This document shows, one piece after another, positions 25,484-36,178 of a DNA stretch of 64,000 nt. The translations under genes were made by a program, and so were the position numbers. A model generated the notes under the pieces. That model was not told where the DNA came from. It worked only from the letters and a program-made list of their open reading frames with translations, and did not search any database. Source of the DNA: Euryarchaeota archaeon UBA558 (GTDB taxonomy: Archaea; Thermoplasmatota; Poseidoniia; Poseidoniales; Thalassarchaeaceae); the NCBI GenBank assembly GCA_002507175.1, contig DAZE01000021.1:26695-90694 (forward strand), written 5' to 3'. The stretch's first letter is position 1, and each line of letters opens with the position of its first letter.

Positions 25484-28400
25484 ATGAAAATGATAGACAA
25501 AAACGGCAACACCGATGTGGCCCAATTGAGAGGCATACTCGGCGGCCCAATAATGCTGGCAGCCGCCCTGTTTGTGTTCTTGATAGCTGCACAGGTCTCG
25601 GGACTGAATGGATGGACAGATGAAATAGGCCTCCTTGCTCTTCCTGCCGTGGCCGCCCTAGGCGCGGCTCTCGGGAGGATCAGCTCGGAGCACCCCTCTG
25701 CGAGCAACCTAAACAGTGCCATAGCCCCGAGCGCTTTTGTCCTGATCTCGATAATAACATCCTTCTTCGCCCCCGCTGCGATCTGCATGACCTTCCTTAT
25801 TGCCTCCCTCATCACACACCTTTTGGTGTCAAAGGGTCGTCCAGTGGAGGCCAACTTCCTCGTTGGGGGTTTGATTGGAATACAGTTTGCAATGATCTTT
25901 GCCTTGACCTCTGAGATACCAGACGACTCGCAAACAAATGCAACCCGTGCATACCTGGGGGCCAGATTCTCGGCCATGATGGCTGTCATGTTGATGGGCT
26001 CGCTATATGTTGCACTAATATTGTCAAAGACGATAGACAGGGCAAGTGAGAAGGGACTTCTCTCGGAACTTCCCTTCGACGTGGCCAGCAAGTCCACCCA
26101 CATCGCTGGTGGCGCTACCATGTCCTCACTCATGATACCCTTGATTTGGTTGTCTTCCATTGACGATCCCCAAATATACGAAGACGGAGCCTTCCTCGGC
26201 CCCTTCTGGGGGCTGTTTTCAGCAGCAATTGTACTGATCGTCGCGATGTTTAGGTCCGAGAGGTGGAACGTCTTGGCAGCGGTATTCTCGCTCAACTGGA
26301 TAATTTACACCCTCGGAAGACTGAATGATATAGGCGTTTCAGGTTTCCCAAATGCCTTGACGGAAGACGGATCGTATCCAATGATCCTGTGGCTCCTCAT
26401 CACATTCTGGTCTAATGTCGGTGTCATATTACTGGCATCCAGAGGTCATTTGGGAGCCATGGCTCCCCTCAGGGAACCATCTCCCTTGAGGAAATGGTGG
26501 CAAAGACATAGCTACGTCATTCTGGTGGGTATGGCCCTTGCGGCCGGATTCATCGTGAGAGTGGTTTGGAACGTGATTCCTGCCATGAACGCATCAGTAA
26601 TAGGAGAGTGGGACATGTCAGGCGGATCTGATCCGTGGTACATGAAGCGGATCATAGACTATGTCGCATACGAAAGGGCGCATTTCGTTTTTGATGCGGA
26701 CCGCAATTACCCCGTGGGAGGATTGAACCCTCGGCCGCCACTATTCTCCTGGTCACTTGCCCTTGGCGGTATTTTCCTTTCCTGGATTGCCGACATGCCC
26801 TTGAGTGAAGCAGTTTGGTGGTCAGTGGAAGCTCAACCTGCCGTTTGGGGCGCATTGATTGTACTCCCTGTAGCAGCAACGGCCAAGAGGTTCCATTCCC
26901 CACTGGCGGGAATTGCCGCTGCTTGGCTCATCGCATTCATGCCAGGCCATATCACACACTCTACATTCGGCCTCGCAGACCACGATTCATTTGCCATGTT
27001 CTTCCTAACACTTGGCTTCTACTGGTGGGTCAGGTCAATGATGGGCATCAAACAAGAGAGGCTCTTCTCGAGAACGTCTTGGAATCCACTGTACATCCTC
27101 GCAGGAATCAGGCTAATGTGGCGCAATAATCGCATAATCATGATACACTCGACATTGGCAGGAGTTTCTTTTGCAATTGCCGGTCTTGCATGGAAAGGCT
27201 ACGTCTATGCCCCGGGAATCCTCTTCCTTGGGTATTCAGGCATCGTTTTCCTGAACCTATTCAGAGGTCGGGATGCCTTACCTATCACCGCAACAATGCT
27301 TCAGATGCTGTTAGCTGCAATCCTAATTCCGTTGCCCTTCTACATTTGGCCAGGGATGAACCTACTGACGAACCCAAGTGGCATGGCTCCGCTACTTTAC
27401 ATGCTGGGATTCACAGTCGGCCTAGGCTACGTTATTTCTGCCTCCCGGGACAAGCCATGGCTCATGGTCTTCACGACCACAGCAATTTTGTCCCTATCTG
27501 TACTGGGGGGTCTGTTCATCCTTCAGACACTTGACTTGTACGCTGGATGGGACATATTGGTCACTGGTGGGTTCTACTTCTCCAAAAACAAGGTTTTCTC
27601 AACAATAGGTGAAGCCCAGGCCCCCGACAGAGGAATCTTGTTTGCCTCATTCGGCCCCATAGTCACTATTGCCGCCATCGGATACGGCCTCATGTTGATA
27701 TGGAGGGGGGGAAGGAAGGAGAATCCAGCCTCATTCACGCTTGGAACATGGATCGTGGTTGCATCTTACATGTCATGGACTGCAGGTCGCTTCATATTCA
27801 ATGCAGGACCTCCAATGGCCGTAGTTGGCGGCGTAGGCCTGACCGCAATGTGGGCGTATGCGAACCCTACAGAATTTGTGAAACTCTGGAAGAAAACCGG
27901 TGTCGGATCACCAAGGGCCAGATTCAACAGCACTTTCTCTGCGAGCAGGTCCAGACCAGGGGTTCCAGCGGCTTTGATGGTCCTCCTAATCGTATTTTCA
28001 CAACACGCCACCTACGGTATCGATTCAGGAATACCCAGGGGAGATTCATCAGCGGGAGATGTTGATCAAGCAATTCAAGGGATTATGCCCGACGTCCTCC
28101 GATACGAAGTTCTAGGTTTTTCTGTATTGAATTCCAACCAATATTCTCCAGACGAGCGGTGCTCCAGTGGCTGCTGGTATCTGGGAACTTTCGGCCCCGG
28201 GTTCAACGGGGGAGGATGGAACATGGCATATGAGTGGCTATCTGAGCAGGACTCAGAATCAACTTTTACCGAACGACCAGCTTTCCTCTCTTGGTGGGAT
28301 TATGGGTTCCAAGCCTTGTCTCATGGACAACACCCCACCGTCGCCGACAATTTCCAAACCGGGATACCCATATCAGGAAACATCCTGCTTAGTTCAGGCC

Positions 28401-31400
28401 AGGAGGATGTACTTTCCCTGATGGCAATGAACGCATTAAGAATGGGCGGTGTCTCAGATCCCGACAATAGGGCCGTTCTAGAACAATACTTTGAGGAGAA
28501 CCAGATCCGGGAGTTGGAACGAATTCACAGTATGTCCTCTGAAGACGTTGAGGCCCGTGCGCTTGCCTTGATTCATGAGGATGATGAGGTACAACTAGTC
28601 AAGGGAGCATTCCTGGCGAAATCTGGTTTGCCATCTAAGTCTGGCTGGTACGTCATTGATGGAGGGGAGATTGTTCAAGACCGCTTTGACGACCTCGGTG
28701 GGGCGATGAAGCTTTTCAACACAACTAGATCATCATCAAGCTACTTCTCAGAGAGCCCCACCCACTATATAATCGGTGGCTATAGATACACAGCAGACCT
28801 CATAGAAGACTACAACGACTTATCCACGGGGATCCACAGGGAAAATGCCAAATTAGCAGTTGGCAGAGCATTCATAACTCATGTTTTGGATCTTGATCAA
28901 ATCGTAGGCCTTGTCTCTGATCTAAGTGAGATACAACATGATGTACAAACGTTTGAAGGAAGACTAGGGGAAACGGCCCAAAGGAACACTGACGTCAGAT
29001 ATTTCGCAATCGATGACAGACTTTACCCATTGGGCGGATTGTTCTATGAGGGCTATAACTATCATGGTGGCCAAACCACAGGTATTTTCTACGCTCCAAC
29101 TACACTGGCGGGCCTTGATCCTGAAGACTACATCTCCAGCAGTTATCTCACCAGAAGGGGGGATGGCCCCATAATCCCACGAACAGCTGGCGAATATGAA
29201 CAGGAATATCTGGATGACATAGTCCGACAACAATCAGGCGCTATAACAGACCAGAGCCAGATAATTAGCCTTGAAGACATCGATTACATCCAGCAACCTG
29301 AATTTTTCGAAACATTCCTGGCCCGTACATACGTTGGTTATGGCACGACATCTCTAGGATTGGATCCGGATAATACTGGTCAACCCGGGCCCACATGGGC
29401 AAAATCCGGAACGCCTACAACGCCCCTTAGGAACGCTTACGCTCTCCCTGGCGCGATGATGAATCACTTCGTTCTCGCAAATTATCATGACGATGGGTCT
29501 GATTACGTGGATTCAGACTCCGATGGTACCCCGGACATATACAATTGGAGCAACCCGCGCGAAGATCCAAGTGGCTACTACAACGCAATAGGAACAGCTA
29601 ACTCCAATGTCAAGATACTCAAGTATTACAGTGGAGCTACGCTCAACGGGCAAGTGACTTTAGAAACCGGTGAACCTGTTCCCAATGCAAAGATTCTGAT
29701 CGAGAGGGACGCCTTCAGCTATGAAGAAGGTACTGACACAGACCCGAGGACTTACTGGATACCCATCGGCTCAGAAACAACAGACGATGAAGGTCACTTT
29801 TCTTCCACTATTCCCTCTGGGAAGATACGGATTAGTGCCTTCTATGGAGCAGTGGATGAATCAGGAGCAAGAGCCCAAATAGAATCTGGCGCGTTTGACA
29901 TGCTTTCCGATATAACCAGAGAACAGCAAGAGGGGGAAGATCGCGTTATCAACCCCATTTCAGCCATTTTGGGTGGAGTAGCTGGAACCACATACCTCGG
30001 AGCCGAGGTTTTAGTGGTATCAGGGGAGGAAGGGCACAGCAATGGGGCCTCAGTACTGACAGTCGACGTCAGTGTACCTGCAGTCGCATCGACGGGGCAG
30101 GTCCAATGGACTGGTGACGAGTCGTTTATCGGCGACCCTGTAAAGAATGCAACGGTAATTCTTACACCATCAGACCCAGATGCCACCCATCATGGATATG
30201 CAGTTTCCACATCCTCAGGCTCAATAGAGGGCGAGGGCCTCTACTTCACAGGCGAGGGAAGCGCGATCTTCGATGGCTCAGGCCAATTTGACTCATCGAG
30301 CCCGGCCAAGGCAGAGGAATTCACAGGAAGGCTGAGTCAGACAATAAGGAACAACCAATCGGTGATCGGTACCGGAACTTTTGTCGGAAATGGAATACTA
30401 ACAGGCACACTCGCTGATGGTTCCGTGCCATCAGCCTGTGATGCCAACGACACCTTGCCGGACAATCTGGAAGTCTGCACGTCTCAGAACGGAGAGATAG
30501 TGGTCTCTGGCTCAGTCAATGCAACGGGAAGATTCGTATCAGCAGGCCAATCGGAGTTCATTCGAGACTACGAGAATGCGTCTTTCACCGCCGCAGGCAG
30601 ATTCATTGTAGACGAGGGCAACTCCGGAACCATAACGGGGAATGGAGTATTCCAAGGGGACGGTGTATTTAGTGGCCTGATGGTCAGGGAGGGCACATTC
30701 CACATCTCTGATGCCATACCTGGGGAATATAGCGTCCGGATCGTGATGAATACCGGCCAAGAAATTGAGGTTGATGAGAAATTCTCAATCCTCAGAACCC
30801 CCTCAGCAGAAACAAGGCTCGTACAAGTGGAGGGCCTCTCTGTTAACGCCCTATTGACGAAGGAGGATGGATCCCTACCCACGGGTAATGTGATACTCAC
30901 CGACACGGAATTGCAAGGTTATACCGCGACACAACCCTGTTCTGATGGACTAACATCCCCATGCTCAGTACCCATTGGGGAAGGCGGAACTATCTCAATC
31001 GGGCCAATACCATCCAGATCACACACGATATCCTATGACTCTGATTTAGATGGCTTCTACGATCTGGTGGCAAGTGTGTTGCCAGAGGATGCTACTTCAG
31101 GATCCATAGAACTGGATCTCACGATCCCATTGACTGCGGACCTTGAAATCAGTCTTTTGTCTGAGTCTGGTGCAACTGTTCCCGACCTAGACCTGACGGT
31201 CAGAAGTGCTTCAGGACCTGGGATCTTCGACATGAACTACGACTCCGAAACGGAGACCTACAAAGCGGAGCTAGTTCCAGGTGAATACCAACTTAACTAC
31301 ACACAGGGAGACTCCCAGATATGGGAGTTGATCACCCTCGATGAGGATCTGTCCATGACCGCCCAGTTCAGGACGAGCTCACTTCTCTCTGGAACTGTTT

Positions 31401-34400
31401 TCACATCAGACGATGACGGTGACCCCGAAGCGGACGACTTCGTCCAATTTGCCGAAGTTGTGGCCAGATGGTCTGGCTTTGAGATATCTACAGTCGCAGA
31501 TGATGAGGGCAATTTCGAGTTCACGCTTCCAGTGGGGGAGAGTGTCACACTCACATCTACCGTCGGACTTGGCAATCTTGTCGATGGTTTGGTAGTGTTC
31601 ACATCCGAGGAAAACGACCACATCAACCTAGTCACAAGAAAAGGAGTTGTCTACGAGGGCATAGTTTCAGTGAATCGAGGCAACTACCTGTACGACAACT
31701 CCATATTGGGCTGGGAGCCACTTACAGTATTAGCAACCAACGAATCGTCTGAAGTCACTTGGACATCTGAGGTAACCGAAAATGGTAACTTCGAGATAGC
31801 CCTCCCAATAGGGGAATGGGAGATTTCATTGCTGGACAGTGAGTTTGAACACGCCACAGTAGCAATGGAACCAGACGCTACGATCGAATTAACCATATTC
31901 CCAGAGAACAGCACACTGAATTTATTTGCATTCATCGACTCATCCAGAGACGGTAATGTCGCCAACGGCACAGGAGTCATAGCTGATTTCAGAGTTGTAC
32001 CCTTGGATCAGAGTGGAATTCAAGAGAATTTCACTACTTCAGCCACTGGAACCGCCAGTGTGCAACTCGAGCCAGGGAATTATCTGATCGAAACCAGCAT
32101 ACTCAACCCAGATCAGACCCTTCACGGGACTAGGATCCTTACAGGGTCCACCAACATTCAGATTCCACTGAAGGGAACCATTCTGCAAAGAGATATTGGA
32201 TTCGACCCAGAGGGCGTCGTAAATATTACATTCACCGATCAACTACTCGCCCCCATTGCTGATTTAGAGATTAAATTCAGAAATGTTGACAGAGAACCTG
32301 TAATCGTCACTTCACTCACAACAGATGACGATGGAAACATCCTCGCATTATTGCCTGAGGGTAGAACGATAATCGAGATTGATGGCTTTGAGCCTGGCGA
32401 CCAGACTGTATTGGGTGCAAGATATGCAATTGATGTGATCGCAGGTGATCAATCATCGCCGATATCGATCGAATTAACGGAGATGGCAACTTTGAATCTT
32501 ACAATTTTGGACTCTGGAACATCCGATGGAATCCCGGATCAGAAAATTATCCTACAATCTCTAGATGGTTTGGGAACAATCAATATGCCCCCGACAAATG
32601 AAACAGGATTCACATCGACATTACTCGTACCCGGTGATTGGAGTGTAAGCCATGACGAGGAGACCAGTGGAGTTAGAGTCCTGATTCAAGAAACTCACAT
32701 AGACCAAATTCTAGCAGGTGAATATCGAGATATTCTACTCGACGCTCAAAAGGAAGTCATTCTATCTGGTAAGGTTTTCTGGGATTTTGACAAAGACGAT
32801 CAGGCTGATGTCGCGGAGGGCGTTTCCAATGCTACTGTTACAATTGACGACGGTCAAACCACTATTCAACTGGAAACCGATGAAACAGGATCATACTCCT
32901 CATTGGTCCCGGCGAATGCCTCTCTAAGCGTCACTGCCTCCAAGGACGGATTTACCACCACGGAGGAGAACTCTCTAATCAATGGAGAGCCAATTGATCT
33001 CGACATCGAGCTAACTGCAGGTACAGTTTCTGCCTCAGGCACTGTGACCTACCTAGGCCAATCGATAGATCCTCTGTGGTCCGATGATGTCGAAATAATC
33101 CTGGTGCCCAGAGAGGGCTTTGCTATGCCTCAAGTAACCGCAGAGAAGAATGGAGACGGCGAATGGGACGGTACTTGGTCTGTTGACCTAGAACCCGGGA
33201 GATATGTGCTTCAAGTGCGTGACACCACCAGAAACTTAGTGGCCTTCTCCCAAATATTCGCTGATCTAGTGAACGGTGGACAAGCGGACGTGGATCTAGT
33301 CCCCGGAGGATGGCTCCTAATGAATGGCTCATGGCTTGACTATGAGGGAAGCCTGCACTCAATCTCATCAGAGGACATGGATTTAGAAGGATCAGACATT
33401 CTGAATGATGAACTAACACTTCTGATGGAGTCTGGGCCGTCACTAGACTGGAGACTCGCGGTACCCGATGACGGGGAACTTAGAATCCTCTTACCTTCAG
33501 GACCAGTTACGATTTCCGGGGACTTCGACGTAGCTCAACAGGACAGGACAATGTCATATGAGGCAGGTCAGTCCATCAGTGTCCCATCCTCAACGATTTT
33601 AGACGCATTTGAGACTGCACCATTTGACCTGAGGTTCAACAGAATATCAAACAGCGATATCTCAGTAGCCTTGGTTTCCACTTCATCCGCCACCGTCGAC
33701 GATGACGGCATTCTGTACGCCAATAGCGACGGAGAAGGCGGCTACGAACCCATGCTCGTAGAGATCAAAGTTGACTATGAGGGTCATGAGACATCCGATG
33801 TTTTCAATTTGAGGGCCACAGTCCCTGGCACTGATGGAGCTGATTGGACTGTTCTGTTTGATAATGGATCTGGGGAATATTCAGACGCACCAACCCTTTC
33901 GATGTCCATCGAAGACGATCAAAAGACTGTCCAAGTCCAAATAACACCCCCCAACTCTACGGTGGCACGTCATTTCTCAAATGGAAGAGCTGTGACAATC
34001 CAGGTATTCTCGGACAACGGCGTTAACGAAGACGTTGAAGTGAAAGTCAACGTCCCAAAAATAACCGGTTGGAGTCTATCTGAGGCCCCCGAAGACGTTT
34101 ATGGTGTCAGACCCGGTTCTCAGGAGACTGTCCAACTCATCTTCCAAAACGATGGCAACTCAGATGAGGTATACTCAGTCTCATTCGATGACGGTGCATT
34201 GCCTCCAGGTTGGACAAGAACTGGAGCCCAATCCGTGACTGTTGGGGCATTTGAGAGTCAAGCGTTCTCGGTCATCATAGGTGCCCCGGAAAACGCCACT
34301 GACGAACCATACACACTCACCATGTTCGTAATAGGCGATGACCAAACGGAATACGAGCCCGTAGCAATTGACGTGTCCGCCCAATATGCGGTACTGTCCA

Positions 34401-34858
34401 TTGACAGGGATAGCGTGTCATGGTTGGGTGGTGGCAAGGATCCTGTTTACGGCTCAATACAGACAGTAGTTCTGACGATTGAAAATCAAGGTCTTGTGGG
34501 GGCAGAGGAAGTGATAGTGAAAGCTGAGCACCAGACATCCGCCTTATCCGAACCCTCTGGCATCAACGCTACCGCCATTCTTACAGTACCAGCGGGAACG
34601 GAGAGCACGGCTTATTTAGATCTCAATTTCAGCACCCTCAGTCAGGGCGATGCTTGGATCGTGTTCTCCATAGAGTCAGTAGATGGGAAAGAGTCCTCAG
34701 AGGAGCCTTACACAAAGAAGTACAATCTACAGTCTCCGAGCGTCGAAGAGGCAGGGGATGCGACCCAGGTATTGATGATAGTACTCATTATCATACTCGG
34801 GGGCTTGTTGATCGTCCTTACAAGAAGGCCAGGCAGGAAACCTAACGCCCCCTTCTGA
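25484..34858 (+). CDS. aglB: giant (3,124 aa) AglB/STT3-type oligosaccharyltransferase fusion protein
   Basis: STT3 catalytic motifs occur in the correct order: EL1 SDPWYMKR (D383), D499-H-D501 (GLADHDSF), EL5 TIGE (aa 707-710) and WWDYG (aa 937-941, nt 28292-28306). About 340 aa with extra TM helices precede them. After about aa 1385 come at least 9 CarboxypepD_reg-like modules, then CARDB-like modules and a terminal TM VLMIVLIIILGGLLIVLTRRPGRK. Confidence 0.85.
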   Translation: MKMIDKNGNTDVAQLRGILGGPIMLAAALFVFLIAAQVSGLNGWTDEIGLLALPAVAALGAALGRISSEHPSASNLNSAIAPSAFVLISIITSFFAPAAICMTFLIASLITHLLVSKGRPVEANFLVGGLIGIQFAMIFALTSEIPDDSQTNATRAYLGARFSAMMAVMLMGSLYVALILSKTIDRASEKGLLSELPFDVASKSTHIAGGATMSSLMIPLIWLSSIDDPQIYEDGAFLGPFWGLFSAAIVLIVAMFRSERWNVLAAVFSLNWIIYTLGRLNDIGVSGFPNALTEDGSYPMILWLLITFWSNVGVILLASRGHLGAMAPLREPSPLRKWWQRHSYVILVGMALAAGFIVRVVWNVIPAMNASVIGEWDMSGGSDPWYMKRIIDYVAYERAHFVFDADRNYPVGGLNPRPPLFSWSLALGGIFLSWIADMPLSEAVWWSVEAQPAVWGALIVLPVAATAKRFHSPLAGIAAAWLIAFMPGHITHSTFGLADHDSFAMFFLTLGFYWWVRSMMGIKQERLFSRTSWNPLYILAGIRLMWRNNRIIMIHSTLAGVSFAIAGLAWKGYVYAPGILFLGYSGIVFLNLFRGRDALPITATMLQMLLAAILIPLPFYIWPGMNLLTNPSGMAPLLYMLGFTVGLGYVISASRDKPWLMVFTTTAILSLSVLGGLFILQTLDLYAGWDILVTGGFYFSKNKVFSTIGEAQAPDRGILFASFGPIVTIAAIGYGLMLIWRGGRKENPASFTLGTWIVVASYMSWTAGRFIFNAGPPMAVVGGVGLTAMWAYANPTEFVKLWKKTGVGSPRARFNSTFSASRSRPGVPAALMVLLIVFSQHATYGIDSGIPRGDSSAGDVDQAIQGIMPDVLRYEVLGFSVLNSNQYSPDERCSSGCWYLGTFGPGFNGGGWNMAYEWLSEQDSESTFTERPAFLSWWDYGFQALSHGQHPTVADNFQTGIPISGNILLSSGQEDVLSLMAMNALRMGGVSDPDNRAVLEQYFEENQIRELERIHSMSSEDVEARALALIHEDDEVQLVKGAFLAKSGLPSKSGWYVIDGGEIVQDRFDDLGGAMKLFNTTRSSSSYFSESPTHYIIGGYRYTADLIEDYNDLSTGIHRENAKLAVGRAFITHVLDLDQIVGLVSDLSEIQHDVQTFEGRLGETAQRNTDVRYFAIDDRLYPLGGLFYEGYNYHGGQTTGIFYAPTTLAGLDPEDYISSSYLTRRGDGPIIPRTAGEYEQEYLDDIVRQQSGAITDQSQIISLEDIDYIQQPEFFETFLARTYVGYGTTSLGLDPDNTGQPGPTWAKSGTPTTPLRNAYALPGAMMNHFVLANYHDDGSDYVDSDSDGTPDIYNWSNPREDPSGYYNAIGTANSNVKILKYYSGATLNGQVTLETGEPVPNAKILIERDAFSYEEGTDTDPRTYWIPIGSETTDDEGHFSSTIPSGKIRISAFYGAVDESGARAQIESGAFDMLSDITREQQEGEDRVINPISAILGGVAGTTYLGAEVLVVSGEEGHSNGASVLTVDVSVPAVASTGQVQWTGDESFIGDPVKNATVILTPSDPDATHHGYAVSTSSGSIEGEGLYFTGEGSAIFDGSGQFDSSSPAKAEEFTGRLSQTIRNNQSVIGTGTFVGNGILTGTLADGSVPSACDANDTLPDNLEVCTSQNGEIVVSGSVNATGRFVSAGQSEFIRDYENASFTAAGRFIVDEGNSGTITGNGVFQGDGVFSGLMVREGTFHISDAIPGEYSVRIVMNTGQEIEVDEKFSILRTPSAETRLVQVEGLSVNALLTKEDGSLPTGNVILTDTELQGYTATQPCSDGLTSPCSVPIGEGGTISIGPIPSRSHTISYDSDLDGFYDLVASVLPEDATSGSIELDLTIPLTADLEISLLSESGATVPDLDLTVRSASGPGIFDMNYDSETETYKAELVPGEYQLNYTQGDSQIWELITLDEDLSMTAQFRTSSLLSGTVFTSDDDGDPEADDFVQFAEVVARWSGFEISTVADDEGNFEFTLPVGESVTLTSTVGLGNLVDGLVVFTSEENDHINLVTRKGVVYEGIVSVNRGNYLYDNSILGWEPLTVLATNESSEVTWTSEVTENGNFEIALPIGEWEISLLDSEFEHATVAMEPDATIELTIFPENSTLNLFAFIDSSRDGNVANGTGVIADFRVVPLDQSGIQENFTTSATGTASVQLEPGNYLIETSILNPDQTLHGTRILTGSTNIQIPLKGTILQRDIGFDPEGVVNITFTDQLLAPIADLEIKFRNVDREPVIVTSLTTDDDGNILALLPEGRTIIEIDGFEPGDQTVLGARYAIDVIAGDQSSPISIELTEMATLNLTILDSGTSDGIPDQKIILQSLDGLGTINMPPTNETGFTSTLLVPGDWSVSHDEETSGVRVLIQETHIDQILAGEYRDILLDAQKEVILSGKVFWDFDKDDQADVAEGVSNATVTIDDGQTTIQLETDETGSYSSLVPANASLSVTASKDGFTTTEENSLINGEPIDLDIELTAGTVSASGTVTYLGQSIDPLWSDDVEIILVPREGFAMPQVTAEKNGDGEWDGTWSVDLEPGRYVLQVRDTTRNLVAFSQIFADLVNGGQADVDLVPGGWLLMNGSWLDYEGSLHSISSEDMDLEGSDILNDELTLLMESGPSLDWRLAVPDDGELRILLPSGPVTISGDFDVAQQDRTMSYEAGQSISVPSSTILDAFETAPFDLRFNRISNSDISVALVSTSSATVDDDGILYANSDGEGGYEPMLVEIKVDYEGHETSDVFNLRATVPGTDGADWTVLFDNGSGEYSDAPTLSMSIEDDQKTVQVQITPPNSTVARHFSNGRAVTIQVFSDNGVNEDVEVKVNVPKITGWSLSEAPEDVYGVRPGSQETVQLIFQNDGNSDEVYSVSFDDGALPPGWTRTGAQSVTVGAFESQAFSVIIGAPENATDEPYTLTMFVIGDDQTEYEPVAIDVSAQYAVLSIDRDSVSWLGGGKDPVYGSIQTVVLTIENQGLVGAEEVIVKAEHQTSALSEPSGINATAILTVPAGTESTAYLDLNFSTLSQGDAWIVFSIESVDGKESSEEPYTKKYNLQSPSVEEAGDATQVLMIVLIIILGGLLIVLTRRPGRKPNAPF
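29634..33225 (+). repeat. protein-level tandem array of CarboxypepD_reg-like beta-sandwich modules inside the giant aglB ORF
   Basis: The signature '(T/S)(D/N)xxGx(F/Y)xxxLPxGx(Y/W)x(I/L)' recurs. Examples are TDDEGHFSSTIPSGKIRI, ADDEGNFEFTLPVGESV, TENGNFEIALPIGEWEI, ATGTASVQLEPGNYLI, TDDDGNILALLPEGRTI, TNETGFTSTLLVPGDWSV, TDETGSYSSLVPANASL and GTWSVDLEPGRYVL. The DNA copies are divergent, so this is not a nucleotide repeat. Confidence 0.6.
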
Positions 34859-34867
34859 CCGAGAATG

Positions 34868-34872
34868 GGTGA
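34868..34872 (+). promoter_or_regulatory. Shine-Dalgarno-like GGTGA 6 nt upstream of the subtilase ATG
   Basis: GGTGA-ccagca-ATG lies only 20 nt after the aglB stop, implying co-transcription and translational coupling. Confidence 0.4.
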
Positions 34873-34878
34873 CCAGCA

Positions 34879-36111
34879 ATGCCCAAGGACGGCATCGAGT
34901 TAATGCCCGAGCCTGAGGACAGGGCTATCCTAACCGCGGTTGACAAGGGGGCCGTGGGATACACGGGGGAAGATTACGGCCTTTCTGACAAAGAAGCGAG
35001 AGACCTGAGGCGGCCATTGTATGGCATGTCACCATTCGTATGGCCCTATGGAGCAGTTGGAGGAGCTGCCAGCATAGTCGTGATGATGCTTTTGTGGCCG
35101 ATGATTCAGCCACTAATCACGCCATACCTTCCAGCTTCCGAATGGGCCTATGATTCATCTGGTGTACGGCTCCTCAGCGAGGAAGGTCTCGATGGTAGTG
35201 GGATCAAAGTCTGCGTAGTCGATACTGGTATAGACCCAGCACATCCTGATTTTACAAACATGAATTTAGTTGGATTCAGGGACTTTTATGCCTTTAATCA
35301 TGAGGAGGTTAGGGATGTAAGCCAATCCCACCATGGAACTTCCATGGCAGGGCTACTCATTGCGAATGGCTCTGGACCCTTGAAAGGAATGGCTCCGAAG
35401 GTGGCACTCAGCGTGGCCGTAGGATTGGGGCCTGAGGGAACCACTGGAAACAGCGTCAGGGTCGCTGATGCAATTCAATGGTGTAGGGTTTCTCAGAGAT
35501 CGGATATAATCAGCCTATCGCTAGGGGGGCCATTCGAAGCCTCATCCCAACTAGCCTCTAGGTCTGTCTCAGGTGCGGTTCAAGATGCCTTGGACAATGG
35601 GATCTTTGTCGTAGCGGCGGCGGGAAATGCGGGTCCGAACAACATTGATGTCTCCACACCCGCAAATGTTGAGGGCGTCATAAGTGTCGGTGCATATGAT
35701 CGGTTTCTCACGCCCTGGTCAAACAGTTCGATCGGTTCATACCAAGATCCTTACAAGGAATTGGATAGAGTCTGGCCAAATCAGAAACCCGAGATACTCG
35801 CCCCTGGCTACTATATTCTCTCCACAGTTTCCAGTCAGAAATCCCCTCCTTATGCATATTCTACAGGTACAAGCGATGCAGCAATCTTCGTCACAGCGAC
35901 GTTGGCCTTGATATTACAGGATCTTACTGAAAAGGGTCTCACAGACCTTACGGTTGGGGGGGATAATCGTATATTTCATGTCAAGAAGGCCCTCGCAGAG
36001 AGTGCCAAACCAGTAGATAACCAGATCGGACACGACACTCGGTCGGGATATGGCATTCTGGATGCCGTGGCATGGCGTGACGCAGTGGAAGCCTCTGCTG
36101 ACAATTGGTAG
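34879..36111 (+). CDS. membrane-anchored subtilisin-like serine protease (peptidase S8)
   Basis: The catalytic triad contexts are VCVVDTGID (Asp), SHHGTSMAGL (His) and STGTSDAAIFVTA (Ser). An N-terminal TM (AASIVVMMLLWPMIQPLI) precedes the catalytic domain. Confidence 0.85.
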   Translation: MPKDGIELMPEPEDRAILTAVDKGAVGYTGEDYGLSDKEARDLRRPLYGMSPFVWPYGAVGGAASIVVMMLLWPMIQPLITPYLPASEWAYDSSGVRLLSEEGLDGSGIKVCVVDTGIDPAHPDFTNMNLVGFRDFYAFNHEEVRDVSQSHHGTSMAGLLIANGSGPLKGMAPKVALSVAVGLGPEGTTGNSVRVADAIQWCRVSQRSDIISLSLGGPFEASSQLASRSVSGAVQDALDNGIFVVAAAGNAGPNNIDVSTPANVEGVISVGAYDRFLTPWSNSSIGSYQDPYKELDRVWPNQKPEILAPGYYILSTVSSQKSPPYAYSTGTSDAAIFVTATLALILQDLTEKGLTDLTVGGDNRIFHVKKALAESAKPVDNQIGHDTRSGYGILDAVAWRDAVEASADNW

Positions 36112-36178
36112 CACCCATATTCCGCCTAGGGTTATATCTATTGACGGCTCCAGTGCTATCATGATCGACCGGCCCGTG

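Noticed and set aside
25393-26295. 300-aa minus-strand ORF overlapping the 5' part of the giant aglB gene
   Set aside because: It is antisense to a TM-helix-rich coding region with strong family context. The product is Ala/Ser/Ile/Pro-rich with no recognisable motif, which is typical of a shadow ORF.
36050-36178. Longer start for the beta-helix giant, overlapping the subtilase gene by 62 nt
   Set aside because: The extension (MAFWMPWHGVTQW...) has no signal-like character. The ATG at 36179 gives a textbook signal peptide directly.
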